The translations under genes and the position numbers were made by a program. A DNA stretch of 61,615 nt from a candidate division WOR-3 bacterium (GTDB lineage Bacteria; Hydrothermota; Tepidihabitantia; Tepidihabitantales; Tepidihabitantaceae), in contig CBFGJV010000015.1 in the NCBI GenBank assembly GCA_965649205.1, forward strand, positions 1 to 61,615. Reading direction: 5' to 3'. The first letter of the stretch is position 1. Each line of letters begins with the position of its first letter. The notes under the pieces are model-generated. The model saw only the letters and a program-made list of their open reading frames with translations. It was not told the origin of the DNA and did not search any database. Positions 8,271 to 16,665 of this stretch are shown one piece after another.

Positions 8271-10328
8271 CTAATCCAGAAGCACCAGCCGCAGCCGCGC
8301 GCTCTCTTGCCGGGCTGTCCCTTTGCCCAGCTCTATCCGACAGAAATACACCCCGGCCGGAACCCTTCTCCCTCTCTCGTCAGTACGGTCCCAGACCACT
8401 CTTTTGCCCGAGCGCTCCTTGGCGACAGGCAAATGTCGGACCTGCCTGCCGGTCACATCTGTGATAAGCAACTTTGCGCCCTCGCCCGCGCCCCAAACCA
8501 AGAATCCCACTTCGTCTCTGGCCGGATTGGGGCAAGGGCCGGAAAAGCCCGCACCACCTTTTCTCTCCTCAACCGCCCTTTCCTCTGCCACGCCGGCAGT
8601 ATAACAGGAATCCAGAATCCAGTTATCCGGATCAAGCGCCACCGACTCGGGATAGAACGAAAACAAAAAGGTATCAACCTGCAGACTGGTCCGGGGCCTG
8701 ATGGTAACCAGCGTATCTCGCACCTGATTCCAAAACCGCACCGGCACCGGGATGCGGAACACCGCGGGCGCCAGCGGTCCGTTGTTCTGCGCCAGCCGGG
8801 TAACTACGCGCACCGGGCCGCTTGGGGTAGTATCACACGACCAGAAGAAGTTGTATTTCGGATAACCTGCCTGATACACCCAGTCGGCAAAAAACCAGTC
8901 GAGTTCCAGGCCGGTGACCTGTTCCAGCACCCGCTGGTAATCTTCGGTAGAAACGGTGCCATAGGCAAACGAATCCCGGTAGGCGCGCAGAGCGCGAAAG
9001 AATGCGCCCGGTTGCTCCCAGGCCGTGTCGCCTACCACATACCGCAACATATGCTGCACCCAGGCGCCTTTGCAGTAAATCGTGCCGTAATCGTAAATGT
9101 AATTCCACGGCGGGTTGTACAGGGGAAAACGATAACTGCGGTCGCGATTGAAATAGGAGCCGGCGCGACCACGCATCAGCCCGGCAAAATACTGCCGTCC
9201 TACTTTGTGCCCCATATACAACACTTCGGCCCAAGTGGCAAAGCCCTCGTTCAACCACACATCCGCATAGCCAACATGCGTCACCATATCTCCCCACCAC
9301 ATATGAGAAAGCTCGTGCGCCTGCACAATATCGCTGCCGCCGCCGATATAAGAAGGATGTAACATGACTGTGGTCTGGTGTTCCATGCCGCCCCAGGGAA
9401 ACCCGTAGTATCCCGGAATGAATCCGAAGCGCTCAAAGGGATAAGGACCAAAACGGGTCGTATCCGCATAATACTGCATCATATCCAAGAGATTGGCATA
9501 GCCCTGCTGAGTCGCCGCAGAGTCCTGCGGCCACATATAATGAATAACGGGAATAGTCTCGCCATTAGAGTTCACAAAAGGCACGCTCCACGAAGCAAAC
9601 CGCGAGGCGGAAAAAGTCATCAGATAGGTGCAGATGGGATAAGGGTGACGCCACCAGTAGGTACGCGTCTGCTTACCTGTGTCCACCGTGACCGAGTCGC
9701 ATAGTCCGTTGGCCGAAGTCTGAAAGCTGTCTGGTACGGTGAGGTTTATCATACAACCCCGCTCCGCTTTGTCTGCAGGGTGGTCGTAACAGGCAAACCA
9801 GTAGTGATTTTCCCGGGGACAGCCGCAGGTCATAGCGTGCGCATAGATGCGAGTGGGCGGGCGGCAGAAATAGTAGCCCACTTCCCGGGCCGTGCTTTCC
9901 CGATGAAAGAACAGATGCAGGACCGCAGAGTCGCCCTGCGGTAGGGGCTGATCCAGTAAAACGACCAGCTTGCCCGATGGCGTGAAATAACGGAGGTGCG
10001 CACCGTTGCGCTTTACCGAATCGCAGACCAGATTGTCAAAGTCCAGCTCCACCGTGTCCAGGCTCGGCACCCGGCTGATAAAGGACAGTTGCTCGTGACA
10101 GGTATATCCGGCATGGGTCATAGGCAGCTGAAAGTCCAAGCGGTAATGACGCACATCGTAAGAATGAAAAGAATCTGCGGCCAAGGCCATGCCTGACCCT
10201 CTGAACTGCTTGCCCGGAGCCGGGAACAGGAAGTCGGTCCCGCTCTCCTGCGGCATCCGCGCCAGAAGCGGAAAGAAGCCAGCGCTCCCCAGTAGAGCCA
10301 GCAGCGCCATCCCTACCAGCTTCCCCAT
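8271..10328 (-). CDS. Secreted M1-family aminopeptidase with FlgD/T9SS-type C-terminal domain
   Basis: GGMEH, HELSHMWWGD...WLNEGFA; C-terminal PNP...WD..D..G..VPAGVYF. Confidence 0.9.
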   Translation of the reverse strand: MGKLVGMALLALLGSAGFFPLLARMPQESGTDFLFPAPGKQFRGSGMALAADSFHSYDVRHYRLDFQLPMTHAGYTCHEQLSFISRVPSLDTVELDFDNLVCDSVKRNGAHLRYFTPSGKLVVLLDQPLPQGDSAVLHLFFHRESTAREVGYYFCRPPTRIYAHAMTCGCPRENHYWFACYDHPADKAERGCMINLTVPDSFQTSANGLCDSVTVDTGKQTRTYWWRHPYPICTYLMTFSASRFASWSVPFVNSNGETIPVIHYMWPQDSAATQQGYANLLDMMQYYADTTRFGPYPFERFGFIPGYYGFPWGGMEHQTTVMLHPSYIGGGSDIVQAHELSHMWWGDMVTHVGYADVWLNEGFATWAEVLYMGHKVGRQYFAGLMRGRAGSYFNRDRSYRFPLYNPPWNYIYDYGTIYCKGAWVQHMLRYVVGDTAWEQPGAFFRALRAYRDSFAYGTVSTEDYQRVLEQVTGLELDWFFADWVYQAGYPKYNFFWSCDTTPSGPVRVVTRLAQNNGPLAPAVFRIPVPVRFWNQVRDTLVTIRPRTSLQVDTFLFSFYPESVALDPDNWILDSCYTAGVAEERAVEERKGGAGFSGPCPNPARDEVGFLVWGAGEGAKLLITDVTGRQVRHLPVAKERSGKRVVWDRTDERGRRVPAGVYFCRIELGKGTARQESARLRLVLLD

Positions 10329-10445
10329 CTCTACTCCTTACTTCCTACGTTGGGGAGTGGACGGAAAGGGAATGGCCGGAGAGGGAGTAGCCAGAAAGGG
10401 AGTAGCCTGAGAGTCCTAACCATTCCCTACTCCCCACTCCCTAAC
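10328..10445. repeat. Second copy of the composite heptamer/15-mer element
   Basis: Heptamer arm, 4 x 15-bp units, GTCCTAACCATT, heptamer arm overlapping the asd stop codon. Confidence 0.88.
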
Positions 10446-11425
10446 AACCGCTGGGCTATCTGAATAGCGTTGAGAGCCGCCCCCTTGCGCAGGTTATCGG
10501 TGGCGATCCACAACTGTAACTCATCTTCTTCTGCTCCGGGCCGCACCCGACTCACATACACCGCATCGCGGTAACGGCAGATAATAGGTGTGGCATACTC
10601 ATTGTCCGGAGAAAGCGCCACGCCCGGTGCCTGTTTGAGCAGACGGAGAGCTTCCTTGCGAGATACCTTCTCTTTGAATTTTGCTGTGACCGCCAAGCAG
10701 TGGCCAATGCAGACCGGCACCCGCACGCAGGTAACGTTCACCCGCAGCTCGGGCAGAGATAAAATCTTCGCCGTTTCCCGCATCAACTTCAGCTCCTCGC
10801 CGGTATGCCCCTGCCGGTCAAAGGCGTCTATCTGCGGTATGACATTGTCGGCAATTTGCTGCGGGAGGGGGCTGCCGTGTGTGTCCACCGGCCGCCCGAG
10901 CGCCACAAACTCCGTCTCATAGCGGTACTGCTCCAGAGCCGCCTTCCCCGCGCCAGAAACCGACTGATAGGTAGCCACATACAGAGCCCTCAGCCCGAAC
11001 TTCGCATGCAGTGGCGCCAGCGCCACAGTCAACGGTATGGTCGTGCAATTGGGATTGGCGATGATATTCTTATGCCCGGCAAGCGCCGCAGCATTCACCT
11101 CCGGCACCACCAGCGGCACATCCTTCTCCAGCCGGAAAACGCTGGACTTATCTATCACCGGACAAAAGCGCGCCACCTCCGGCACAAATTTCTTGGCCAG
11201 CTCGGCTTCCAGACAGAAAAAAGCCACGTCCAGCCCGGAGAAACGCTCCGGCTTCACCTCCTCTATTTTGTACTTGCGGTCGCGGAAGGAAACCTCCGCC
11301 CCTGCGCTGCGCGCGGACGCAAATAGTCTTAGTTCTTCTATTTCATACGGCCCCGACTCCAGTAGCCGGAGGACCGTCTCGCCAACCAGTCCGGTAGCAC
11401 CCGCAATACCTGCCCTCATAACCAC
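10427..11425 (-). CDS. asd: Aspartate-semialdehyde dehydrogenase
   Basis: GATGLVG, ANPNCTT catalytic Cys, TYQSVSGAG, DNLRKGAALNA; true start may be ATG 11419. Confidence 0.95.
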   Translation of the reverse strand: MVMRAGIAGATGLVGETVLRLLESGPYEIEELRLFASARSAGAEVSFRDRKYKIEEVKPERFSGLDVAFFCLEAELAKKFVPEVARFCPVIDKSSVFRLEKDVPLVVPEVNAAALAGHKNIIANPNCTTIPLTVALAPLHAKFGLRALYVATYQSVSGAGKAALEQYRYETEFVALGRPVDTHGSPLPQQIADNVIPQIDAFDRQGHTGEELKLMRETAKILSLPELRVNVTCVRVPVCIGHCLAVTAKFKEKVSRKEALRLLKQAPGVALSPDNEYATPIICRYRDAVYVSRVRPGAEEDELQLWIATDNLRKGAALNAIQIAQRLLGSGE

Positions 11426-11450
11426 TCCCTACTCCCTACTCCCTATTCCT
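11421..11450. repeat. CTACTCC heptamer tandem repeat at the C25 peptidase/asd junction
   Basis: accactccctactccctactccctattcct. Confidence 0.85.
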
Positions 11451-14400
11451 AACACAAGCTTTTTCGTGAAGTTCCTGTCCGGTAATATCACCCTGACCAG
11501 ATATACCCCCGCAGGGAGTTCGGTAGGAAGTTTCCAGTTGGTTTCCAGTTTGCCCGCAGTGGTTCTTTCTACTTTTCGGTCTGCCACTATCCGGCCGGCT
11601 ATATCGCTGAGTTGCAGTCTTACGCATTCCGGCGCCGGTATCTGCCACCGGATACGCACTTCCCGGGTGGCAGGGTTCGGCCAGAGGATAATCTGTGGCA
11701 TCTGGGCCGTCTCTTGCCGCTCGTCCGCCGCACCGGTACGGGTATCATACCACGCCTGCGCCGAGTCCGCATTGGCGCGCAGGTTGGCGCCGCTGTTGCC
11801 GCCCACAAAGGCCACAGCCAACCGGAACTGCTCGCCCGGTTGCAGGCGGAAGGGCCCGGCTGCCACACACAAAGACCAGTCATAAACGCGCGCAGCATGG
11901 GGCTGGGTGATGGCGCCGGAAAGGAAGCGCCACTTCTGACTGTCGGTGAGGCAGGAGTCAGGATATAGCCAGCGGCCGTTGTCAATGGCGACCAGGTTCG
12001 CCGCCTGCGTCGGGGCGAGTAGTCTAACGCCGATAGAGGGATTGGCGCTGGTGGCGCTGCGGATAAACACCAGTCTGCGCGCCACATCGGTGGAGCATAT
12101 GTTCTGCGTCGGCTCGCGCCCCACATCCACATCCGCAAAAACGCCGGCATAAATCCCGCTGAGCGCCGCACTGCTCCGGTTACGGATGTCGTAAGCCAGT
12201 ATCACAAAGTCGTCATACCGGGTATCCGGCGACTGGTAGGAATGTTGCGTCACCTCTAGGCCGCCCGCCTTGTCCCGGAAGCGACAGAAGAAATACTGCT
12301 GGTCCGGCCGGCCAGACGTTCCCCGACGCAGACTCTCTTCAAGCGCAAAGTCTGTGTCCACCCGTCCCTGGGCCAGGTTGCCAAAGTACCGGTCCGCCAC
12401 ATAAAAAGGCCCATAACCCACAGCCAGACTCGCATAATACAACTGACTGGGACTCTGGTGCGGATAGCAGAATCCCTGTCCCGCCACCTGATTTCCTGGC
12501 GGCAACTCATAACCCACCGAACCCACGCAGGTCACAGATAACTTGCAATAACCCGTATCATGATGGAGCACCAGCGCTCCAGGCCCGGCGTCCTCGCCTA
12601 CAGCCAGCGCAAAAGCAAAATTCCAGGTATCCCCTGCGCTCGCCACCCGCAATACAAATCCTGCCCGCGCGGCCGGCGGCGCCGCAGAAGATACTCTCAC
12701 CCGCCAACCCCCTCCCCGCGCGCTGTCCTGCGGCAAAATGTCTCCATAGGAAACCGCAGAGTCCTGCACGCTCACAAATTCCGAATTGGACTCCAGCCTG
12801 CCCGCCACTCCCACCGCCGGGGCATTGCCCATATTTCTCAGAGTCACATACACTCTGACGCTTTCGCCCGGGTCCAAACGATTGTTGCCGCCATCGTCCA
12901 CAAAGCAGCCTCCCAGAGCTAGTTGCGCGCGAGTTTCTCCTTCTGCGACCTCCACCTTCCGCTCTGCCACAAAATACGAAGAATGACTTGCCCTGACTTC
13001 CATCGTCCCCGGCCGAAAGGGCGCAATGCGCAAAACCGCCAGACCTGTCTTATCCGTTCGCGCATTCGTCTGCACCTCTCCCGCTTTGTAGCACGCCACC
13101 AGCGCATTTGCCACTGGCTGCCCCTTCGCCATAACCCGCACTGCAAAAGTCTGCGCCCCAACCCGCACGCTGTCGCTACAAACCAGCTCCGCCGAATCCG
13201 GCCTGCCCCGCCATACCTGTAGATTCGGGTCCCCAAACAGATTCAAATCCCAGTAACACCAGCGCCACACCTCGTCATACATCACCAGAGGAACATAAAA
13301 GTCCTTTGCCCGGGCGTGTAAAACCCCGATTTCCGTAATCGGGTGACCAAACAAAACGGTGTAAAACCTGTTGCAGAACAATTCCGACGGCCCCATACTC
13401 GGCGGCATGGCCCAACCTTCCCGCGAGTTCATCATACACGCCACAGTCCCTCCGTTAGGATTGTGCATCGCCGCCTCGGCCAGGCAGTCCGCCACCTCAA
13501 AGTTGCCCGCCAAACAGGCGATAGAATTCATTACCGTGGGCCGGGTCGCATTCGTCTGCCCCGCGGCGGTGGTGGTATTCCAGATTGCCGTGCCATTCTG
13601 CGTACAGAATTTCGTCGCCTCTCCGTGCGATGCCACATGACATAAGTGATACCCCTGATTAATCGCATCGCGCATCGGCGTCGTAGAATTCGGGTTCGCC
13701 AGATACTGGTCGGTCCAGCCTGCCGGGGTCTGATTGGCAATAGAATCAGATACCACCTTGCCCGAGTAACTCGGAAAAGTGCTCAACATCACATAAGGCA
13801 AGAGTACCTTTTGCAGATAGTCCAGCTCCGGATTCCTCTCGTACCGCAAAATCTTGTTCACCACCGCCTTTGCCTCTGTCTCGCGGTCCACCGCCACCCG
13901 TCCCACATAAATGTCGTAATAAAGGTCCACGGTGTCCGCCATCTCGCCGAAGATGTTGTTCCGATTGCCATCATAAGACCACTGCAGGTCCGCGTAATAC
14001 ACATCTGCCGGAATATCGCCAGTCCGATTCGTCGCCACCGACCGACACCGCCGGCTGGGAATCTGCTCGTGGTCTCCGGCCAAGAGCGCCCACTTCAGCC
14101 CCCGGTACCTGTAAGAGTCAATCAGAAAAAGCCGTATTTTCTCCTGCAGGTCCCTGCCCCCCGGATAACTCGCCGCAATCTCCTCGGTGGTAAACACCTG
14201 CGCCCGGTAACCCTTCTGCGCCCGCCAGGCCAATAGAGAATCAAACCAGCCCGCCTGCGCCCGCGGCGTGATAAGCGCATAATCCAGCTCAGCCCCGTCG
14301 GCAAAATGCGTTGGCGGCGCAAAGACAGACACGTCCTCGGGATTAATCACCAACTGCGCCACATCTTCGCCAAACAACGCCACCTGACTGGGCGTCAGAG

Positions 14401-14965
14401 CAAACGGAACCACCCTCCCCTCTTCATACCCCACCTCCACCCGTAACCTCTGATACAACCTCAGCCTGCCCGTCGCCGGCGCATAAGACAAGGGATACAA
14501 CACAAAACTGCACAATCTGAACTCCGACTTTGTCCCAGTATGCACACAATCCGCCAGCTTCTCCGGCCACTCCCTACTCTCTACCTCAGGGAGTAGCCTG
14601 AGAGTCCTAACCATTCCCTGCTCCCTACTCTCTACTCCCCGCTCCCTACTCCCTAAAATCGGCATCGGCATCTGCGCCGGGGGCAGACGATAAACGCCCG
14701 GCAAATCTACCGTGTCCAGCGGCACCACCCTTACCTCCGTAGCCGTCGCTGTCGCCGGAATGACAAAATGCAAAACCACCGCCGGCAACAGGGGCTCACC
14801 CGGCTCCCCGCGACTCACTCCACCGGGTAAGAAAACCACATCATAACTATCGGCCCTAGCAAAAACAAACTCTCGCCGGTCAAACTCCACCGTGCGCACG
14901 ACACTGCCGGCCAACAAGACAAAAGGAACAAGTGCCAACAACAGTATTGCTCTTATTGCCTTCAC
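11429..14965 (-). CDS. Gingipain-like C25 cysteine peptidase with propeptide and C-terminal sorting domain
   Basis: Signal peptide from GTG 14965; LLAGD, D.YY.DL, YVGR, SHG (His), IAC (Cys), LNLFGDP; C-terminal WPNP...AGVYL...KKLV. Confidence 0.9.
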   Translation of the reverse strand: MKAIRAILLLALVPFVLLAGSVVRTVEFDRREFVFARADSYDVVFLPGGVSRGEPGEPLLPAVVLHFVIPATATATEVRVVPLDTVDLPGVYRLPPAQMPMPILGSRERGVESREQGMVRTLRLLPEVESREWPEKLADCVHTGTKSEFRLCSFVLYPLSYAPATGRLRLYQRLRVEVGYEEGRVVPFALTPSQVALFGEDVAQLVINPEDVSVFAPPTHFADGAELDYALITPRAQAGWFDSLLAWRAQKGYRAQVFTTEEIAASYPGGRDLQEKIRLFLIDSYRYRGLKWALLAGDHEQIPSRRCRSVATNRTGDIPADVYYADLQWSYDGNRNNIFGEMADTVDLYYDIYVGRVAVDRETEAKAVVNKILRYERNPELDYLQKVLLPYVMLSTFPSYSGKVVSDSIANQTPAGWTDQYLANPNSTTPMRDAINQGYHLCHVASHGEATKFCTQNGTAIWNTTTAAGQTNATRPTVMNSIACLAGNFEVADCLAEAAMHNPNGGTVACMMNSREGWAMPPSMGPSELFCNRFYTVLFGHPITEIGVLHARAKDFYVPLVMYDEVWRWCYWDLNLFGDPNLQVWRGRPDSAELVCSDSVRVGAQTFAVRVMAKGQPVANALVACYKAGEVQTNARTDKTGLAVLRIAPFRPGTMEVRASHSSYFVAERKVEVAEGETRAQLALGGCFVDDGGNNRLDPGESVRVYVTLRNMGNAPAVGVAGRLESNSEFVSVQDSAVSYGDILPQDSARGGGWRVRVSSAAPPAARAGFVLRVASAGDTWNFAFALAVGEDAGPGALVLHHDTGYCKLSVTCVGSVGYELPPGNQVAGQGFCYPHQSPSQLYYASLAVGYGPFYVADRYFGNLAQGRVDTDFALEESLRRGTSGRPDQQYFFCRFRDKAGGLEVTQHSYQSPDTRYDDFVILAYDIRNRSSAALSGIYAGVFADVDVGREPTQNICSTDVARRLVFIRSATSANPSIGVRLLAPTQAANLVAIDNGRWLYPDSCLTDSQKWRFLSGAITQPHAARVYDWSLCVAAGPFRLQPGEQFRLAVAFVGGNSGANLRANADSAQAWYDTRTGAADERQETAQMPQIILWPNPATREVRIRWQIPAPECVRLQLSDIAGRIVADRKVERTTAGKLETNWKLPTELPAGVYLVRVILPDRNFTKKLVLGIGSRE
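14568..14655. repeat. Third copy of the composite element, in frame inside the C25 propeptide
   Basis: Core GGGAGTAGCCTGAGAGTCCTAACCATTCCCT identical to the core starting at 10398, flanked by heptamers. Confidence 0.88.
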
Positions 14966-14967
14966 CC

Positions 14968-16638
14968 CTATCTCCCCGGACACTCGCGCGCCACGCTCGC
15001 CGGTATATTCTTTCCCCGGTACGACTTCTCAAAGGCCGCACAAAAATCCGCGGCAAGCTTCCTCGCTCTCGCCTCGTAAGCCCCCTTGTCCTGCCAGGTA
15101 TGGCGCGGATTAAGCGCAACCGGACCCCCTATGCCCGGACACGCCTTCGGAATACCCAGATGAAACAACTCGTCCTCCTCATATTCCACCGCCTCCAGAA
15201 CGCCGGACGCGGCCGCTTCTACTATCTGGCGGGTAAGGTTTATATCTATCCGCCTGCCCACTCCATACGGCCCCCCTGTCCAACCCGTATTCACGAGATA
15301 TACCCTTGTCCCGTGCCTCGCCAGTTTCTCTCCCAAAAGGCGGGCATAAACCTCCGGGTGACGGGGCATAAACGGCGCACCAAAAAAACGGGAAAAGGTG
15401 CTTTTGGGCTCCACAATCCCGGTCTCGGTTCCGGCAAGCTTTGAAGTGTAACCCAGAAGAAACCACAGCATAGCCTGGTCGCGAGAAAGCCGGGCCACCG
15501 GCGGCAGTACGCCATTCGCATCTGCGGTAAGAAAAATAATCGTCCGCGGGTGTCCGGCAACCGGCGGGGACTTCGTGCGGGCAAGAAATGACAAGGGATA
15601 CGACCCCCGCGAATTCGGCGTAAACCGGTCGTCGCTCAGGTCAAACCTCCCGTCCGGATACACCATGGCATTCTCGACGATAGCGCCGTGCTCCAGATAA
15701 GGCGTCTCGTGGAAACAGGCGTGATATATTTCCGGCTCCTTCTTCGGGTCCAAATTTATCAATTTAGCATAACAGCCGTTCTCGAAATTGGCAATGCCCC
15801 ACTCCGACCAGCCATGCTCGTCGTCTCCTAAGAGTCTGCGTCTGGGGTCGGCCGATAGCGCAGTCTTTCCCGTACCGGAAAGCCCCAAAAATAGCGTGAC
15901 ATCGCCCGCCTGCCCTTCGTTTGCCGAGCAGTGCAAGGGCAGGATCCCCTGCGCCGGAAGCAGAAAGTTCATTACCGTAAAAGCCAGTTTCTTGACGCTT
16001 CCCATATAAGCCGAGCCAAATACCACGCCCAGCCGGTTGTCAAAATCCATTGCTATCACCATGGTAGAAGTGCGTCCGCTTTGCGGCAGTCGGCGCAACC
16101 TGCCTTCGTAGCGCGCCGGGTCCAGCCGGTCATAGGGAAGCGCCAGTAAGACAAACGGCTTTTCGCCCAGCACCGACTTCTGCCCTTGATTATTTGGCGC
16201 CGGCCGAAACATGTTGTCGGTAAAAAGCGCGGTGAGCGCCCGATCCGTCACGGTACGTAATGGTAAAGTGTAACTCGGGTCCGCACCCAGCGCCCGATCG
16301 GTGACATAGAGCCGGGGTTTTGCCGCCAGCGCCCGCAGCGCATCTTCCACCACCATGGCAAAAGTATCCGGTGCCAGCGGTATGTTGTTGGGCGAACTCC
16401 AGTCAATCTCTCCCTCTGACTCCGGCCGCCGCACAATGACCGTGTCCTGCGGACTGCGGCCGGTAGAGTCGGGCGGCGTCCAAGTGGCCAGACAACCACA
16501 CGCCGCCACCAGCGCTTCGCGCCTCTCCACCGCCTCCGCAATCATTTCTCTGCGCTCCGGATTCATCCGCACCTGCGGATGCGTTCGCACCAGCTCCTCT
16601 ATCTCACAGCGCAGATCCGGCTTCACCCTACTCCCCAC
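14968..16638 (-). CDS. pckA: Phosphoenolpyruvate carboxykinase (ATP)
   Basis: TGRSP.D, LHCSAN, GLSGTGKT, GDDEHGW, NFENGCYAK, VYLVNTGW. Confidence 0.95.
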   Translation of the reverse strand: MGSRVKPDLRCEIEELVRTHPQVRMNPERREMIAEAVERREALVAACGCLATWTPPDSTGRSPQDTVIVRRPESEGEIDWSSPNNIPLAPDTFAMVVEDALRALAAKPRLYVTDRALGADPSYTLPLRTVTDRALTALFTDNMFRPAPNNQGQKSVLGEKPFVLLALPYDRLDPARYEGRLRRLPQSGRTSTMVIAMDFDNRLGVVFGSAYMGSVKKLAFTVMNFLLPAQGILPLHCSANEGQAGDVTLFLGLSGTGKTALSADPRRRLLGDDEHGWSEWGIANFENGCYAKLINLDPKKEPEIYHACFHETPYLEHGAIVENAMVYPDGRFDLSDDRFTPNSRGSYPLSFLARTKSPPVAGHPRTIIFLTADANGVLPPVARLSRDQAMLWFLLGYTSKLAGTETGIVEPKSTFSRFFGAPFMPRHPEVYARLLGEKLARHGTRVYLVNTGWTGGPYGVGRRIDINLTRQIVEAAASGVLEAVEYEEDELFHLGIPKACPGIGGPVALNPRHTWQDKGAYEARARKLAADFCAAFEKSYRGKNIPASVARECPGR

Positions 16639-16665
16639 TCCCTATCCCCTACTCCCTACTCCCCC
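16626..16665. repeat. Heptamer tandem repeat at the ppdK/pckA junction
   Basis: ccctactccccactccctatcccctactccctactccccc. Confidence 0.85.
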
